NCBI GenBank assembly: GCA_965222615.1 | Contig: CBDCUI010000007.1 | Location: forward strand, 608,001-672,000 | Direction: 5' to 3' | Source of the DNA: Gammaproteobacteria bacterium | Lineage (GTDB): Bacteria > Pseudomonadota > Gammaproteobacteria > UBA4575 | Length of the DNA stretch: 64,000 bases | Shown: in pieces, positions 23,469 through 39,765 of the stretch | Layout: every line of letters begins with the position of its first letter | Position numbering within the stretch: the first letter of the stretch is position 1 | Notes under the pieces: model-generated | Database searches by the model: none | Told to the model about the DNA's origin: nothing | The model's input: only the letters and a program-made list of their open reading frames with translations | Position numbers and translations under genes: made by a program

Positions 23469-24569
23469 ATGCAGTTATCTATAACACGCGAAGATCTACT
23501 TAAACCACTACAACAAATAATCGGTGCAGTTGAACGTCGTCAGACAATGCCTGCGCTCAGTAATTTATTACTACGTAGTAAAAATGATGGTTTATCTATT
23601 ACTGCAACAGACCTTGAAGTAGAGCTAATTGCCGCACTTGAAACTACGTTAGCTGAAAGTGGTGACACTACAATACCGGCGAGAAAATTATTAGAAATAT
23701 GTCGATCTCTCCCCGATCAGGCAACACTTGAAATTAGTTCTGGCAATGAAAAAGTTAAGGTTAGCTCAGGCCGTAGTCGGTTTACTTTGGCTACCTTACC
23801 TGCTGAAGATTTCCCGACTATCGATGATCTTGAATTAGATGCCGATGTAGTGATTACAGAGGACCTATTGCGTAGTTTGATAGAAAAGACTGCCTTTGCG
23901 ATGGCACAGCAAGATGTGCGTTATTATTTGAACGGGATGTTACTGGAAGTGGATGCTAAGCAGATCAAAACCGTTGCGACAGATGGTCATCGTCTTGCTT
24001 TGTCTAAAGTTGAACATAAATCAGATGTTGATGATATGCGTCAAGTGATTGTGCCTCGCAAGGGAGTACAAGAACTACAGCGCTTGCTTACCCATGAAGA
24101 TAATCAAACGACGGTTTCACTAGGTAAGAATCATCTTCGCGTGAATCTACCTAAGTTACAGTTTACCTCTAAGTTGATTGACGGTCGTTTTCCTGAGTAT
24201 CAGCGAGTGTTACCTGAGGAAGAAGGTAATCGAGCCAAGATGGATAAAAGTCTTTTAAAACAGGCGCTTATGCGTGCATCGATATTGTCTAATGAGAAAT
24301 ATAAGGGCATTCGTCTAATTTTTAATGATAATAAATTAACCATACAAGCACATAATCCCGAACATGAAGAGGCAGAGGACGAATTGGAAATTGACTATCA
24401 AGGCGAAGCAATGGAAGTTGGATTCAATGTAGTCTATTTACTAGATGTACTGAATGCCTTAGAAGACGATGAGGTTGAGCTCATTATCAAAGATGCAAAT
24501 AGCAGCGCCTTGATTATTTCACCTGGTAAGCAGGAAAGTCGTTATGTAGTCATGCCAATGCGTCTTTAA
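23469..24569 (+). CDS. dnaN: DNA polymerase III beta clamp
   Basis: ATDLEVE, AMAQQDVRYYLNG, VATDGHRL, VVMPMRL. Confidence 0.99.
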   Translation: MQLSITREDLLKPLQQIIGAVERRQTMPALSNLLLRSKNDGLSITATDLEVELIAALETTLAESGDTTIPARKLLEICRSLPDQATLEISSGNEKVKVSSGRSRFTLATLPAEDFPTIDDLELDADVVITEDLLRSLIEKTAFAMAQQDVRYYLNGMLLEVDAKQIKTVATDGHRLALSKVEHKSDVDDMRQVIVPRKGVQELQRLLTHEDNQTTVSLGKNHLRVNLPKLQFTSKLIDGRFPEYQRVLPEEEGNRAKMDKSLLKQALMRASILSNEKYKGIRLIFNDNKLTIQAHNPEHEEAEDELEIDYQGEAMEVGFNVVYLLDVLNALEDDEVELIIKDANSSALIISPGKQESRYVVMPMRL

Positions 24570-24593
24570 TTCATTGTCTAACTACTATTTCAT

Positions 24594-28126
<3,533 letters not shown>

Positions 28127-28257
28127 TGTAATCGATTTATCTCATTAACTATTTATCTAATCCTATTTCTGCTTGCAATTAGGCTGCTTAGTCTTGATAT
28201 TTGAGTCAAATAACTACTTAAGGACAGAAATATGTCTTTGTCATTTTGGGGCTTCAT

Positions 28258-28830
28258 ATGGAAGTAGGTAGCATTATCATTCTCGCAATTTTAGTGCTTG
28301 TTGCTGGTTACGGGATTGTTATTTACAACGGTTTGGTCTCTTTGAAACATGCCGTGAGTAAAGCCTGGTCCAACATCGATGTATTGTTAAAGCAAAGGCA
28401 TGATGAATTACCGAAATTAATAGAAGTTTGTAAACAATACATGGGCTATGAACAAGAAACTTTGCAAAAAGTAATGGAGGCGAGAACCAAGGTTTCTAAT
28501 GCTCAGCAACAAGGTGATATGGGTGCGCTAGGTGCTGCCGAAGGCATGTTGCGAATGGGCCTGGGTAATTTATTTGCAGTTGCGGAGGATTATCCAGAGC
28601 TTAAAGCGAATGAAACCTTTCAACATTTGCAGCAGAGAATCTCAGGTCTAGAAAATTCCATTGCAGATCGACGTGAGTTTTATAACGAAAGTGTCAATCG
28701 TAACAATGTTCGTATTGAGCAATTCCCAGATGTAATTGTTGCAAAGCTATTTTCATTTAAAGCATTTGAATTACTTGAGTTTGATCAATCTGAAATTAAA
28801 GATGTTGACGTTAAGGCACTGTTTACCTAA
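28258..28830 (+). CDS. lemA: LemA family protein
   Basis: N-terminal TM, YNGLV, AWSNIDVLLKQRHD..PKL, AVAEDYPELKAN, RREFYN; ATG at 28258 preferred to the TTG at 28246. Confidence 0.92.
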   Translation: MEVGSIIILAILVLVAGYGIVIYNGLVSLKHAVSKAWSNIDVLLKQRHDELPKLIEVCKQYMGYEQETLQKVMEARTKVSNAQQQGDMGALGAAEGMLRMGLGNLFAVAEDYPELKANETFQHLQQRISGLENSIADRREFYNESVNRNNVRIEQFPDVIVAKLFSFKAFELLEFDQSEIKDVDVKALFT

Positions 28831-28888
28831 TAAGTATTGCCCTTACATCGAGTATTAAATACATAGTTGCTTTTCATCCGCTTCTTTT

Positions 28889-29815
28889 ATGTTGGGATTG
28901 GAACAATATAGCAATGGGGATTGGTTTTTATTGCTAGCTCTTGCTGTGGGAGCTGTAGCCTCTTTACTTGCTTCCATTAAAATGTTTCATCAAGCACGTC
29001 TAATAGAAAATATGCCTACTTCTAAAATTCGTTCTGCTATACAGGGCTATGTAGAATTATATGGTAATGCTGTATGGATGGATGGACCCGAGATCAATGC
29101 GCCATTAACGGGGCTACCTTGTGCTTGGTATTCTTTTTCAATAGAAGAACGTAACCAACATGGAAATAATAAATGGCGTCGTGTGGATTATGGAGTAAGT
29201 GAACATTTATTTTTACTAAAAGATAATACCGGTGAATGTGTCGTTGATCCCGAAGGTGCTGTTGTTACTCCTAGTGCTACAGATACTTGGTATGGGTCTA
29301 GGCCTAACCGCGCAATTAATACCACGAAAGTACATCCTGCAATTGATGTGTTGAGCAAGACTGTTGCAATATCAAGTGCGCCGTATCGCTATACTGAACG
29401 GCGCTTAAATCTTGATGAACCTCTTTATGCCATCGGTGAATTCATCTCAGTGGGGACAGATTATCGTGAAGAATTTGATCATTTGGTTCGAGACTTTTTA
29501 AATAGATTGAAGCGCGATAAAAAAAGGCTGGCACAATATGATGCGAACCATGATGGTGATATCGATCAACAAGAATGGGAGCATGCCCGAACCGATGCTA
29601 AACAAACCGCTGCACAAGAACAGTTGAACAACCCATTACCAAAATCGACGCATTTACTGAAGAAACCTAAACAATCTAAGCACCAACCGTTTTTACTTTC
29701 GGCTAAGGAAGAATCGCATATCTCGCGCAGTAACAAGATATCTTCCATTCTCTTGGCTATCGTGTTTGTAGTCCTATTGGTGGGGATTGTTTTTAAACTG
29801 CTTGGTAAAGTTTGA
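28889..29815 (+). CDS. GIDE-like domain membrane protein with an EF-hand-like loop
   Basis: IENMPTSKIRSAIQGYVEL, APLTGLPCAWY, CVVDPEGA; DANHDGDIDQQE loop; TM helix at each end. Confidence 0.7.
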   Translation: MLGLEQYSNGDWFLLLALAVGAVASLLASIKMFHQARLIENMPTSKIRSAIQGYVELYGNAVWMDGPEINAPLTGLPCAWYSFSIEERNQHGNNKWRRVDYGVSEHLFLLKDNTGECVVDPEGAVVTPSATDTWYGSRPNRAINTTKVHPAIDVLSKTVAISSAPYRYTERRLNLDEPLYAIGEFISVGTDYREEFDHLVRDFLNRLKRDKKRLAQYDANHDGDIDQQEWEHARTDAKQTAAQEQLNNPLPKSTHLLKKPKQSKHQPFLLSAKEESHISRSNKISSILLAIVFVVLLVGIVFKLLGKV

Positions 29816-29946
29816 AGAAGCTCTGATTTATCAGCGATAGCGACGGGAGACGAGGCAAAAAATATCGAAAAAGCGGAGTGTATACACAAGCACATGAGCA
29901 TTTTGAGATATTTTTTAACGACGTATCAGAATAAATCAGGGCTTCT
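29816..29946. mobile_element. MITE-like palindromic element, copy 2
   Basis: 16-bp TIR AGAAGCTCTGATTTAT/ATAAATCAGGGCTTCT (1 mismatch); core GCGGAGTGTATAC..ACATGAGCATT; homologous to 11233-11347. Confidence 0.75.
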
Positions 29947-29999
29947 CTGAATTTAAAAAGTAATTTCACTGCGATTTAGTTAAGGCATAATGCCATTGT

Positions 30000-30644
30000 A
30001 TGAAAAGGCATTTAATGAAAATCGTGGTTTTGGTTATTACTGGGTTAAGTGGTGGAACACTATTAGCTGAACAAACTGCTTACATTACAGACTCCTTGCT
30101 TCTGCGAGTGTACTCTAGTGCAGATGAAACAAGTTCAGTGCTGGAGACCATTGATAGTGGGGATTCCATCGAGCTACTTGAAAAGCAGGGAGATTTTAGC
30201 AAAGTCCGCATTTACGATGGCACGGTAGGCTGGATCAAGTCCGCATTTATTGTTGAGGAGCCGCCTGCAAAGCTACTTTATTATTCTGTAAGTGAACAAA
30301 ACAAAGAACTTAAACAGCAGATAGAGACACTGCAAAATAACTCCAGTGGTAATGATGAAATACAACAAGTTGAGGAGCTAGAACAAGCTTTAGCGAAGCA
30401 AAGGCAGCTTAATCTACAGTTACAAGAGCAGTTAACTAATTTAGAACGAACTGTCGAACTTTCTCCAGAATCTACCGATGTTAAGCAAACCATCCGTACC
30501 AAGATAGCCACACACAACTATTCAAAACAAATCCCTTGGTTAATTGCTGTAGCAATAGCATTGGTAATACTAAGCTTTTTGTTTGGTTTAAAGGTGTCAT
30601 CTCTACGTATGCGTAAACGCCTACATGGGTTTCGCTTGGAATAA
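30000..30644 (+). CDS. SH3-domain, coiled-coil, C-terminally anchored envelope protein (YgiM-like)
   Basis: Signal peptide, AYITD.L, GTVGWIKS, coiled coil, C-terminal TM. Confidence 0.75.
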   Translation: MKRHLMKIVVLVITGLSGGTLLAEQTAYITDSLLLRVYSSADETSSVLETIDSGDSIELLEKQGDFSKVRIYDGTVGWIKSAFIVEEPPAKLLYYSVSEQNKELKQQIETLQNNSSGNDEIQQVEELEQALAKQRQLNLQLQEQLTNLERTVELSPESTDVKQTIRTKIATHNYSKQIPWLIAVAIALVILSFLFGLKVSSLRMRKRLHGFRLE

Positions 30645-30679
30645 ACTGAATTGATGTTAGGTGTAGTAGTAGTAACAAA

Positions 30680-31447
30680 ATGAAAATAGCTTCATGGAAT
30701 GTTAATTCGCTACGCGTTCGATTGCCCCAAGTTTTAGAGTGGTTGCAAGATAATCCAGTAGAAGTACTCGCCTTACAAGAAACTAAACTTGTAGATGAAG
30801 ACTTTCCACAGTTAGAAATCAATCAGGCGGGTTATCAAGTTCAATTTTCGGGTCAGAAAACCTATAACGGTGTAGCTGTGTTGACCAAGCAAGAAAGTAC
30901 CGATGTAGTAAAAGACATCAAAGATCTGAATGATCCGCAACGACGAATTTTAGCGGTAACCGTGGAGGATGTACGTATCCTCAATCTATATGTCGTCAAC
31001 GGTAAAGAAGTGGGTTCGGATAAATATACCTATAAACTAGACTGGCTCAAAAAAGTTACTGCGTTTATCAAAACAGATCTCAAAAGATACCCAAGGTATA
31101 TCATATTGGGTGATTTTAATATTGCCCCACAAGATCAAGATGTACATGATCCAACAGCTTGGCAAGAAAAAATTCTGTGTAGTAGCAAAGAGCGCCAAGC
31201 CCTACAAAATATACTCGACTTAGGATTTGTCGATACCTTTCGGCTATTTGAGCAAGAAGAAAACAGCTTTAGCTGGTGGGATTATCGTGCTGCAGCATTT
31301 CGTCGTAACCTGGGTTTGCGTATCGACCTGATTCTTGCCAGTACTCCACTGGAAGCGATTTGTCGTTTCAGCAGTGTTGATAAAGCACCACGAAGTAATG
31401 AACGCCCTTCCGATCACGCCCCGGTCATTGCCGAGTTCTTGTGGTAA
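30680..31447 (+). CDS. xth: Exodeoxyribonuclease III
   Basis: SWNVNSLRVR, LQETK, GDFNIAP, GLRIDLIL, SDHAPV. Confidence 0.93.
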   Translation: MKIASWNVNSLRVRLPQVLEWLQDNPVEVLALQETKLVDEDFPQLEINQAGYQVQFSGQKTYNGVAVLTKQESTDVVKDIKDLNDPQRRILAVTVEDVRILNLYVVNGKEVGSDKYTYKLDWLKKVTAFIKTDLKRYPRYIILGDFNIAPQDQDVHDPTAWQEKILCSSKERQALQNILDLGFVDTFRLFEQEENSFSWWDYRAAAFRRNLGLRIDLILASTPLEAICRFSSVDKAPRSNERPSDHAPVIAEFLW

Positions 31448-31790
31448 ATTCATCGATCATGCCTCTAAATATCGATAAAATCTACAAAATGGTATTTGTT
31501 TGAATTTTTTTATAATGCTTCATTAAGCAAAGTCATCGTCGGCACAAAATCATTCAACCTTGTAAAGAGTAGGGGTATTAAATTCATGTCTTGAATTACT
31601 CCATGCTTACTGCATGGGTAGTAGTGCCCTGGCGCGGACCATATGTCGCTCTTTAGTCAATAGGCATGCGTAGTTAACAACTCATGCTGCGTTATTATCT
31701 TGATTACAACACCTATACTATTTCGTACTTGGCATTGTGACATAGTTAAGCGAAACTTCGTTTCACCAAAACCTACTCGGGGGAGTGTCA

Positions 31791-32429
31791 ATGCGTAAAA
31801 TCATGGTGATAAATTCTAAAGGTGGTTCGGGGAAAACTACAGTTGCCACTAACCTAGCGTCCTATCTTGCTACCCAGAATAAAAAAGTCGTACTCATGGA
31901 TTACGATCCTCAAGGCAGCAGCATGGCATGGTTAACTGCACGTTCTGCGGCGAAGACTCCAATACAAGGAATTGCCGCATATAAACGAAGTGCAAAACGT
32001 CCTAGCCGCAAGACCGATTTTGTCATTATCGATGCTCCAGCGGGCTTGCATGGTGGGGCATTAAGCAAGATGATCAATAAGGCGCAGACGATCATTATTC
32101 CGGTTTTACCGTCGCCTATAGATATGCGTGCAGCGGCTGATTTTATTGCCGAGATCAAAAAAAACTCATCTGTGCAACGCAAAAAAGCCAAACTTGCATT
32201 AATTGCCAATCGATCACGTGACTTTACTAATATTTATTGGGAGCTGGATGACTTTTTAAGTAAGCAACGCATTCCATTTTTAACCATGCTACGCGATAGT
32301 CAACATTACATACGTGGTGCTGAACGAGGCATGGGGATTTTCGAAATGGCACCTGCGGCTACCGATTTAGACCGTGAACAATGGCAGCCCATCGTAAAGT
32401 GGGTGAAAAGTAAACGTAGCCAACCGTAA
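31791..32429 (+). CDS. Orphan short ParA/MinD-family ATPase
   Basis: NSKGGSGKTT deviant Walker A, DYDPQGS, IIDAPAG, PVLPSPID; GGGAG SD favours ATG at 31791. Confidence 0.85.
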   Translation: MRKIMVINSKGGSGKTTVATNLASYLATQNKKVVLMDYDPQGSSMAWLTARSAAKTPIQGIAAYKRSAKRPSRKTDFVIIDAPAGLHGGALSKMINKAQTIIIPVLPSPIDMRAAADFIAEIKKNSSVQRKKAKLALIANRSRDFTNIYWELDDFLSKQRIPFLTMLRDSQHYIRGAERGMGIFEMAPAATDLDREQWQPIVKWVKSKRSQP

Positions 32430-32489
32430 GATTTATTCTCTGACAAAATACTTGTCGCACTTTTTGTGTAGTCATATCAGTGAGTATTT

Positions 32490-33038
32490 ATGGTGAATAA
32501 AATTAATTGGGTTCGACTCAGTGCTGAAGCAATAGTTTTTTTTATACTTTGTATGTTGTCGTTTTTTATTAACAACAAGCTTTTTGCAAACCCAAATACG
32601 GAGCCTATGGGTAAAGCGGATTATGTAATAGTAAAAAAGGCTGAACGAAAACTATATCTTTACCAAGGTCGCGAGGTTTTAAAGACATATAGAATTGTTT
32701 TAGGCAAACAACCTGATGGACATAAAGAACGTTCAGGAGACTCACGCACCCCTGAAGGTGTGTATACATTAGATTGGCGCAATCCAAATAGTAAATTTTT
32801 TCGCTCTATACATATTTCCTATCCGAATATCAGTGATCGCCGCGATGCACGTGAGCGAGGTAATTCACCAGGTGGTGCCATTATGATTCATGGGCAGCCT
32901 AATAGCTGGGTTGAAAAGACCAGATTATTATTTCACGAAGATGATTGGACCGAAGGCTGCATCGCGGTGCAAAACCATGAAATGCTAGAGATATGGAATG
33001 CCGTTGAAGATGGCACACCGATAGAAATTATTCCGTAA
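32490..33038 (+). CDS. L,D-transpeptidase (YkuD family)
   Basis: GDSRTPEG, HISYPN, IMIHG, DWTEGCIAV. Confidence 0.9.
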   Translation: MVNKINWVRLSAEAIVFFILCMLSFFINNKLFANPNTEPMGKADYVIVKKAERKLYLYQGREVLKTYRIVLGKQPDGHKERSGDSRTPEGVYTLDWRNPNSKFFRSIHISYPNISDRRDARERGNSPGGAIMIHGQPNSWVEKTRLLFHEDDWTEGCIAVQNHEMLEIWNAVEDGTPIEIIP

Positions 33039-33044
33039 AGCTAG

Positions 33045-33788
33045 TTACTTATTTGCAAACACCTTTTTGAGCAAATCGGTGGTACGTGCTACTGGGTCAG
33101 TTCTAATTTTAGCTTCTTCTACGGCTAAATAATGAAAAATTCCACCCATACCTTTTTCGACTACATAGCTACTTAGGTCTGCCTTAACGTCAGGCACTAA
33201 AGGAATTTTTTTATATTGTCCCATCGCTTGATCATAGCTTTTAATAGCGCCGGCTTCCGCTAAACTATCGTTGACAATAGGTGTAAAGGCTTTGACTAAA
33301 TCCGGAGTCATTTTGGATTGAAAATAACGCGTAGCGGCATCGTTAGCACCGCCAAGTATATCTCTTGCATCCTCTAGAGTCATAGCGGAAATGGCATTGA
33401 AGAAAAGCTCTTTGGCTTTAGGTGTGGCAATCTCCGCGGCACGATTTAATCTGGTTTCTAAATCATCAAGCATACTACTCATGCCAATCTTATCTAAAGT
33501 AGATTGCACTTTTTCTAAATTTTTTGGTAAAGGGATATGAATAGTTGGATCGGCATTAAACCCATCCTTAATACCGAGTTGATTAACTACTAAATCGGAA
33601 CCGATACGTAAGGCTTCTTTTAAACCTAAAACAATTTCACCATCGGTCAAATTACTTACTGTGTTAGAGGTCACCCCAGACTCGTTCAATAAATCTTTGG
33701 CTTTGTCCAACCATCCTGCATGTACAGAAGTTACCAAATAGAAGCCAGTTACTAAGAACAGAGTAACCATTAACAACTTGAATTTCAT
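33045..33788 (-). CDS. DUF4197 family exported protein
   Basis: GLKEAL..G, LNRAAE.A, EEAKIRTDP..RTTDLLKKVF. Confidence 0.85.
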   Translation of the reverse strand: MKFKLLMVTLFLVTGFYLVTSVHAGWLDKAKDLLNESGVTSNTVSNLTDGEIVLGLKEALRIGSDLVVNQLGIKDGFNADPTIHIPLPKNLEKVQSTLDKIGMSSMLDDLETRLNRAAEIATPKAKELFFNAISAMTLEDARDILGGANDAATRYFQSKMTPDLVKAFTPIVNDSLAEAGAIKSYDQAMGQYKKIPLVPDVKADLSSYVVEKGMGGIFHYLAVEEAKIRTDPVARTTDLLKKVFANK

Positions 33789-33812
33789 GGTGATTCCCAG
33801 TTAATAATCTTA

Positions 33813-35195
33813 TTATTTTATATTCTGACTTTCGGCGACTCGGTTTGTTCCAAATAATTTTTCATTGTTTGCGTAAAAGTAAATGGCAAGCAGTATTGCC
33901 GGTATGCCAAGTAATCCCGCGTAAATAAAGAAGTGTATATAGCCATAGCTATCTACAATTTTGCCGGAAAATCCACCAATAAATTTAGCGGGCAATAACA
34001 TCAAAGAACTGAATAGCGCATATTGTGTTGCAGTATAAGCACGATTCGTCAGGCTAGATAAATAGGCGATAAAAGTTGAACCGGCAATCCCGCCACTTAA
34101 GTTATCTGCAGTAATCACTATGGCGAGTAACACTATTTCAGGTCCTTGGGTGGAAAGCCAAGCAAAGACTAAATTAGTCAACACAACCAATAGCGCAGAT
34201 ATAATTAACATGCGCATGATCCCATAACGCATTACCAATACCCCACCGAACAGAGCTCCGATAATGGTAACGATTATTCCAAAAGTTTTTGAAACCCAAC
34301 CAATTTGTGTATCGGTGAAGCCCATATCTACATAAAGTGGGCCCGCCATGATGCCCATGGTAATGTCGCTGATGCGAAATAAACCAATGAACAACAAAAT
34401 AATCAGTGCAATCGATCCATTGCGTGCAAAGAAATCGGTAAATGGGCATATCACTGCACCAATAAACCAAGCCATAATGGCTTGCAAGCGTTTTGGAAGG
34501 TGTGAAGAACCTTCAAGAAAATCTACTACACGTTGTTCTTGTGCCCAGGTTTGTTGCGTTATTTTTCGTTCCGGTTCGGAAATGAGTAAGGTTGTTAATA
34601 TGCCGATAAACATGGCGAGACCCATAAATAAGTACGCATCGTTCCATGATGTACTTCCGGCAATAATAGTTGCGCCACCACCAGCTAAAATAAGTCCAAG
34701 GCGATAACCGAGTTGATAAGTTCCCGCCATGGCACCTTGTAAGTCTATCGACACTGACTCAATGCGCCAGGCATCAATGCTGATATCTTGCGTTGCCGAG
34801 GCGAAGGCGACCAATAATGCGAATAAAACCAAGGAGTTTAATTGCGCGCTGGGATATTGATTTGCCATCAAAAATAAACCTGCAATGACACCAGTTTGTG
34901 CAAGTAGCATCCAACTGCGGCGATGTCCAAAATGATTAGTTAATAATGGAATAGGTAAACGGTCTACGAGCGGTGCCCATAAAAACTTTAATCCATACAG
35001 TAGCGCAACCCAGGAAACAAAGCCGATGGTACTACGATCAACCCCTTCTCTTCTTAACCATAAAGACAAGGTTCCAAATACCAATAGCAAGGGTAAGCCG
35101 GCAGAAAAACCCAGGAACAACATGGCAATGACTTTGGGTTTGAGGTAAACACCAAAGGATTGCCGCCAAGAAACTTTTTCAGCTTGTGAAGTCAA
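33813..35195 (-). CDS. ampG: AmpG-family muropeptide MFS permease
   Basis: LGFSAGLP, KFLWAPLVD, ASATQDISIDAWRIE, ATQYALFSS. Confidence 0.92.
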   Translation of the reverse strand: MTSQAEKVSWRQSFGVYLKPKVIAMLFLGFSAGLPLLLVFGTLSLWLRREGVDRSTIGFVSWVALLYGLKFLWAPLVDRLPIPLLTNHFGHRRSWMLLAQTGVIAGLFLMANQYPSAQLNSLVLFALLVAFASATQDISIDAWRIESVSIDLQGAMAGTYQLGYRLGLILAGGGATIIAGSTSWNDAYLFMGLAMFIGILTTLLISEPERKITQQTWAQEQRVVDFLEGSSHLPKRLQAIMAWFIGAVICPFTDFFARNGSIALIILLFIGLFRISDITMGIMAGPLYVDMGFTDTQIGWVSKTFGIIVTIIGALFGGVLVMRYGIMRMLIISALLVVLTNLVFAWLSTQGPEIVLLAIVITADNLSGGIAGSTFIAYLSSLTNRAYTATQYALFSSLMLLPAKFIGGFSGKIVDSYGYIHFFIYAGLLGIPAILLAIYFYANNEKLFGTNRVAESQNIK

Positions 35196-35968
35196 ATTGT
35201 TAATTGGTAGTCAATTGTCAAAGGTGCATGATCTGAAAAACGTTCTTCTTTGTAGATCGCCACACGTTTTGCTGTATTTCTAAGATTTGGAGTAGCGATG
35301 TGGTAATCAATACGCCAACCCACATTTTTGGCCCAAGCTTGACCACGGTTCGACCACCAGGTGTATTGATTTTCTTGTTGATTGATTTCACGAAACACAT
35401 CGATATAGCCTATGTCGTTAAACAGCGTATCCAGCCATGCGCGTTCTTCGGGCAAAAAACCAGAATTTTTTTGATTGCCTCGCCAGTTTTTTAAATCTAT
35501 ATTTTTATGCGCGATATTCCAGTCACCACAAATGAGATAATCTTTACGGCGGCGTTTTAAGTTTTTCAAATGTTGCATAAAACTATCCATGAAACGAAAC
35601 TTGGCCTGTTGGCGTTGATCGCTGGATGAGCCTGATGGGGCATAAAGGGATACTACTGCTAAATCATCGAACTGTAATTCAAGATAACGGCCCTCCTTGT
35701 CAAACTCGGCATCCCCGTATTGTTGAATAATTTTAACTGGCTTGTGTTTACTGAATACCGCTACACCGCTATAGCCTTTTTTTTCTGCGTCTACGTAATA
35801 ATGCTGATAGCCGGCAGGGAAAAACACTGGATCTTTTTCTAGTTGATGTATTTGAGCTTTGGTTTCTTGTACGCAAACCACATCCGCTTTTTGTTTAGCC
35901 AGCCAAGTAAAAAAGCCTTTGCGTGCAGCCGCACGTATGCCATTGACATTGATGGTAATGACTCGCAT
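35192..35968 (-). CDS. Second exodeoxyribonuclease III family protein (crc-syntenic)
   Basis: NVNGIRAA, VQETK, GDWNIAH, GWRIDY, SDHAP; divergent from pyrE. Confidence 0.9.
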   Translation of the reverse strand: MRVITINVNGIRAAARKGFFTWLAKQKADVVCVQETKAQIHQLEKDPVFFPAGYQHYYVDAEKKGYSGVAVFSKHKPVKIIQQYGDAEFDKEGRYLELQFDDLAVVSLYAPSGSSSDQRQQAKFRFMDSFMQHLKNLKRRRKDYLICGDWNIAHKNIDLKNWRGNQKNSGFLPEERAWLDTLFNDIGYIDVFREINQQENQYTWWSNRGQAWAKNVGWRIDYHIATPNLRNTAKRVAIYKEERFSDHAPLTIDYQLTI

Positions 35969-36059
35969 AGATTTCTAATTAGTTCATTGAGATATACTTT
36001 TTAGTACACTAGCGAGTGCAGCAGCATTTATCAAAGATATTGGAAACATTTGTATTCAC

Positions 36060-36704
36060 ATGAAAAATAGCTCGAAGTTTATACAATTTGCCATTGAGCT
36101 TGGAGTATTGCAGTTTGGTGAGTTCACGCTTAAATCAGGGCGTATTAGCCCGTATTTTTTTAATGCAGGCTTGTTTAGTAGTGGTCATGCGCTAGAAGTA
36201 TTAAGTAATTTTTATGCGCAGGCAATTGTAGATGCAAAAATAGAATTTGATATGTTGTTTGGACCAGCCTACAAGGGTATTCCACTGGTTGCAGCTACTG
36301 CGATGACTTTGGCAAGAGAATATAATATCGATATGCCCTATGCCTTTAATCGTAAAGAAGCTAAGCAATATGGAGATGGCGGCAGTACGGTCGGCGCACC
36401 ATTAGCTGGCCGAGTACTGATTATTGATGATGTCATCACTGCCGGTACGGCCATCCATGAGGCGGTAACGATTATTCGTAATGCAGAGGCCGAACCGGTA
36501 GGGGTGACGATAGCTTTTGATCGTCAAGAAAGAGGTAGCACTAGTACTAGCTCTGCGGTAAGCAGTGTCGAGCAAAAGTACGCTATTCAAGTCATCTCGG
36601 TAGCCAAAGCAGATGAGCTAATTCAGTATGCGGAATCCAAGCAGTTATATGAACAGGAGTTAAAAAATTTAAAGGCGTATCTAGCTGAGTATAAAGCTCT
36701 ATAA
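36060..36704 (+). CDS. pyrE: Orotate phosphoribosyltransferase
   Basis: [34 protein letters not shown]. Confidence 0.98.
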   Translation: MKNSSKFIQFAIELGVLQFGEFTLKSGRISPYFFNAGLFSSGHALEVLSNFYAQAIVDAKIEFDMLFGPAYKGIPLVAATAMTLAREYNIDMPYAFNRKEAKQYGDGGSTVGAPLAGRVLIIDDVITAGTAIHEAVTIIRNAEAEPVGVTIAFDRQERGSTSTSSAVSSVEQKYAIQVISVAKADELIQYAESKQLYEQELKNLKAYLAEYKAL

Positions 36705-36846
36705 TATTGATTATAAAAAGATTATTGTTATGAATGGCCTTAGGACCTAACCATTTGCAGTAATCAGTATATGACGAGCGCACTTAGTTTGGCGATTAAA
36801 ATATCCCAGTGTGCTCAAAGTTATTAATAATTGGTAGTAAAATTAT

Positions 36847-39748
<2,902 letters not shown>

Positions 39749-39765
39749 ATCTGTTTAAGAAAAAG

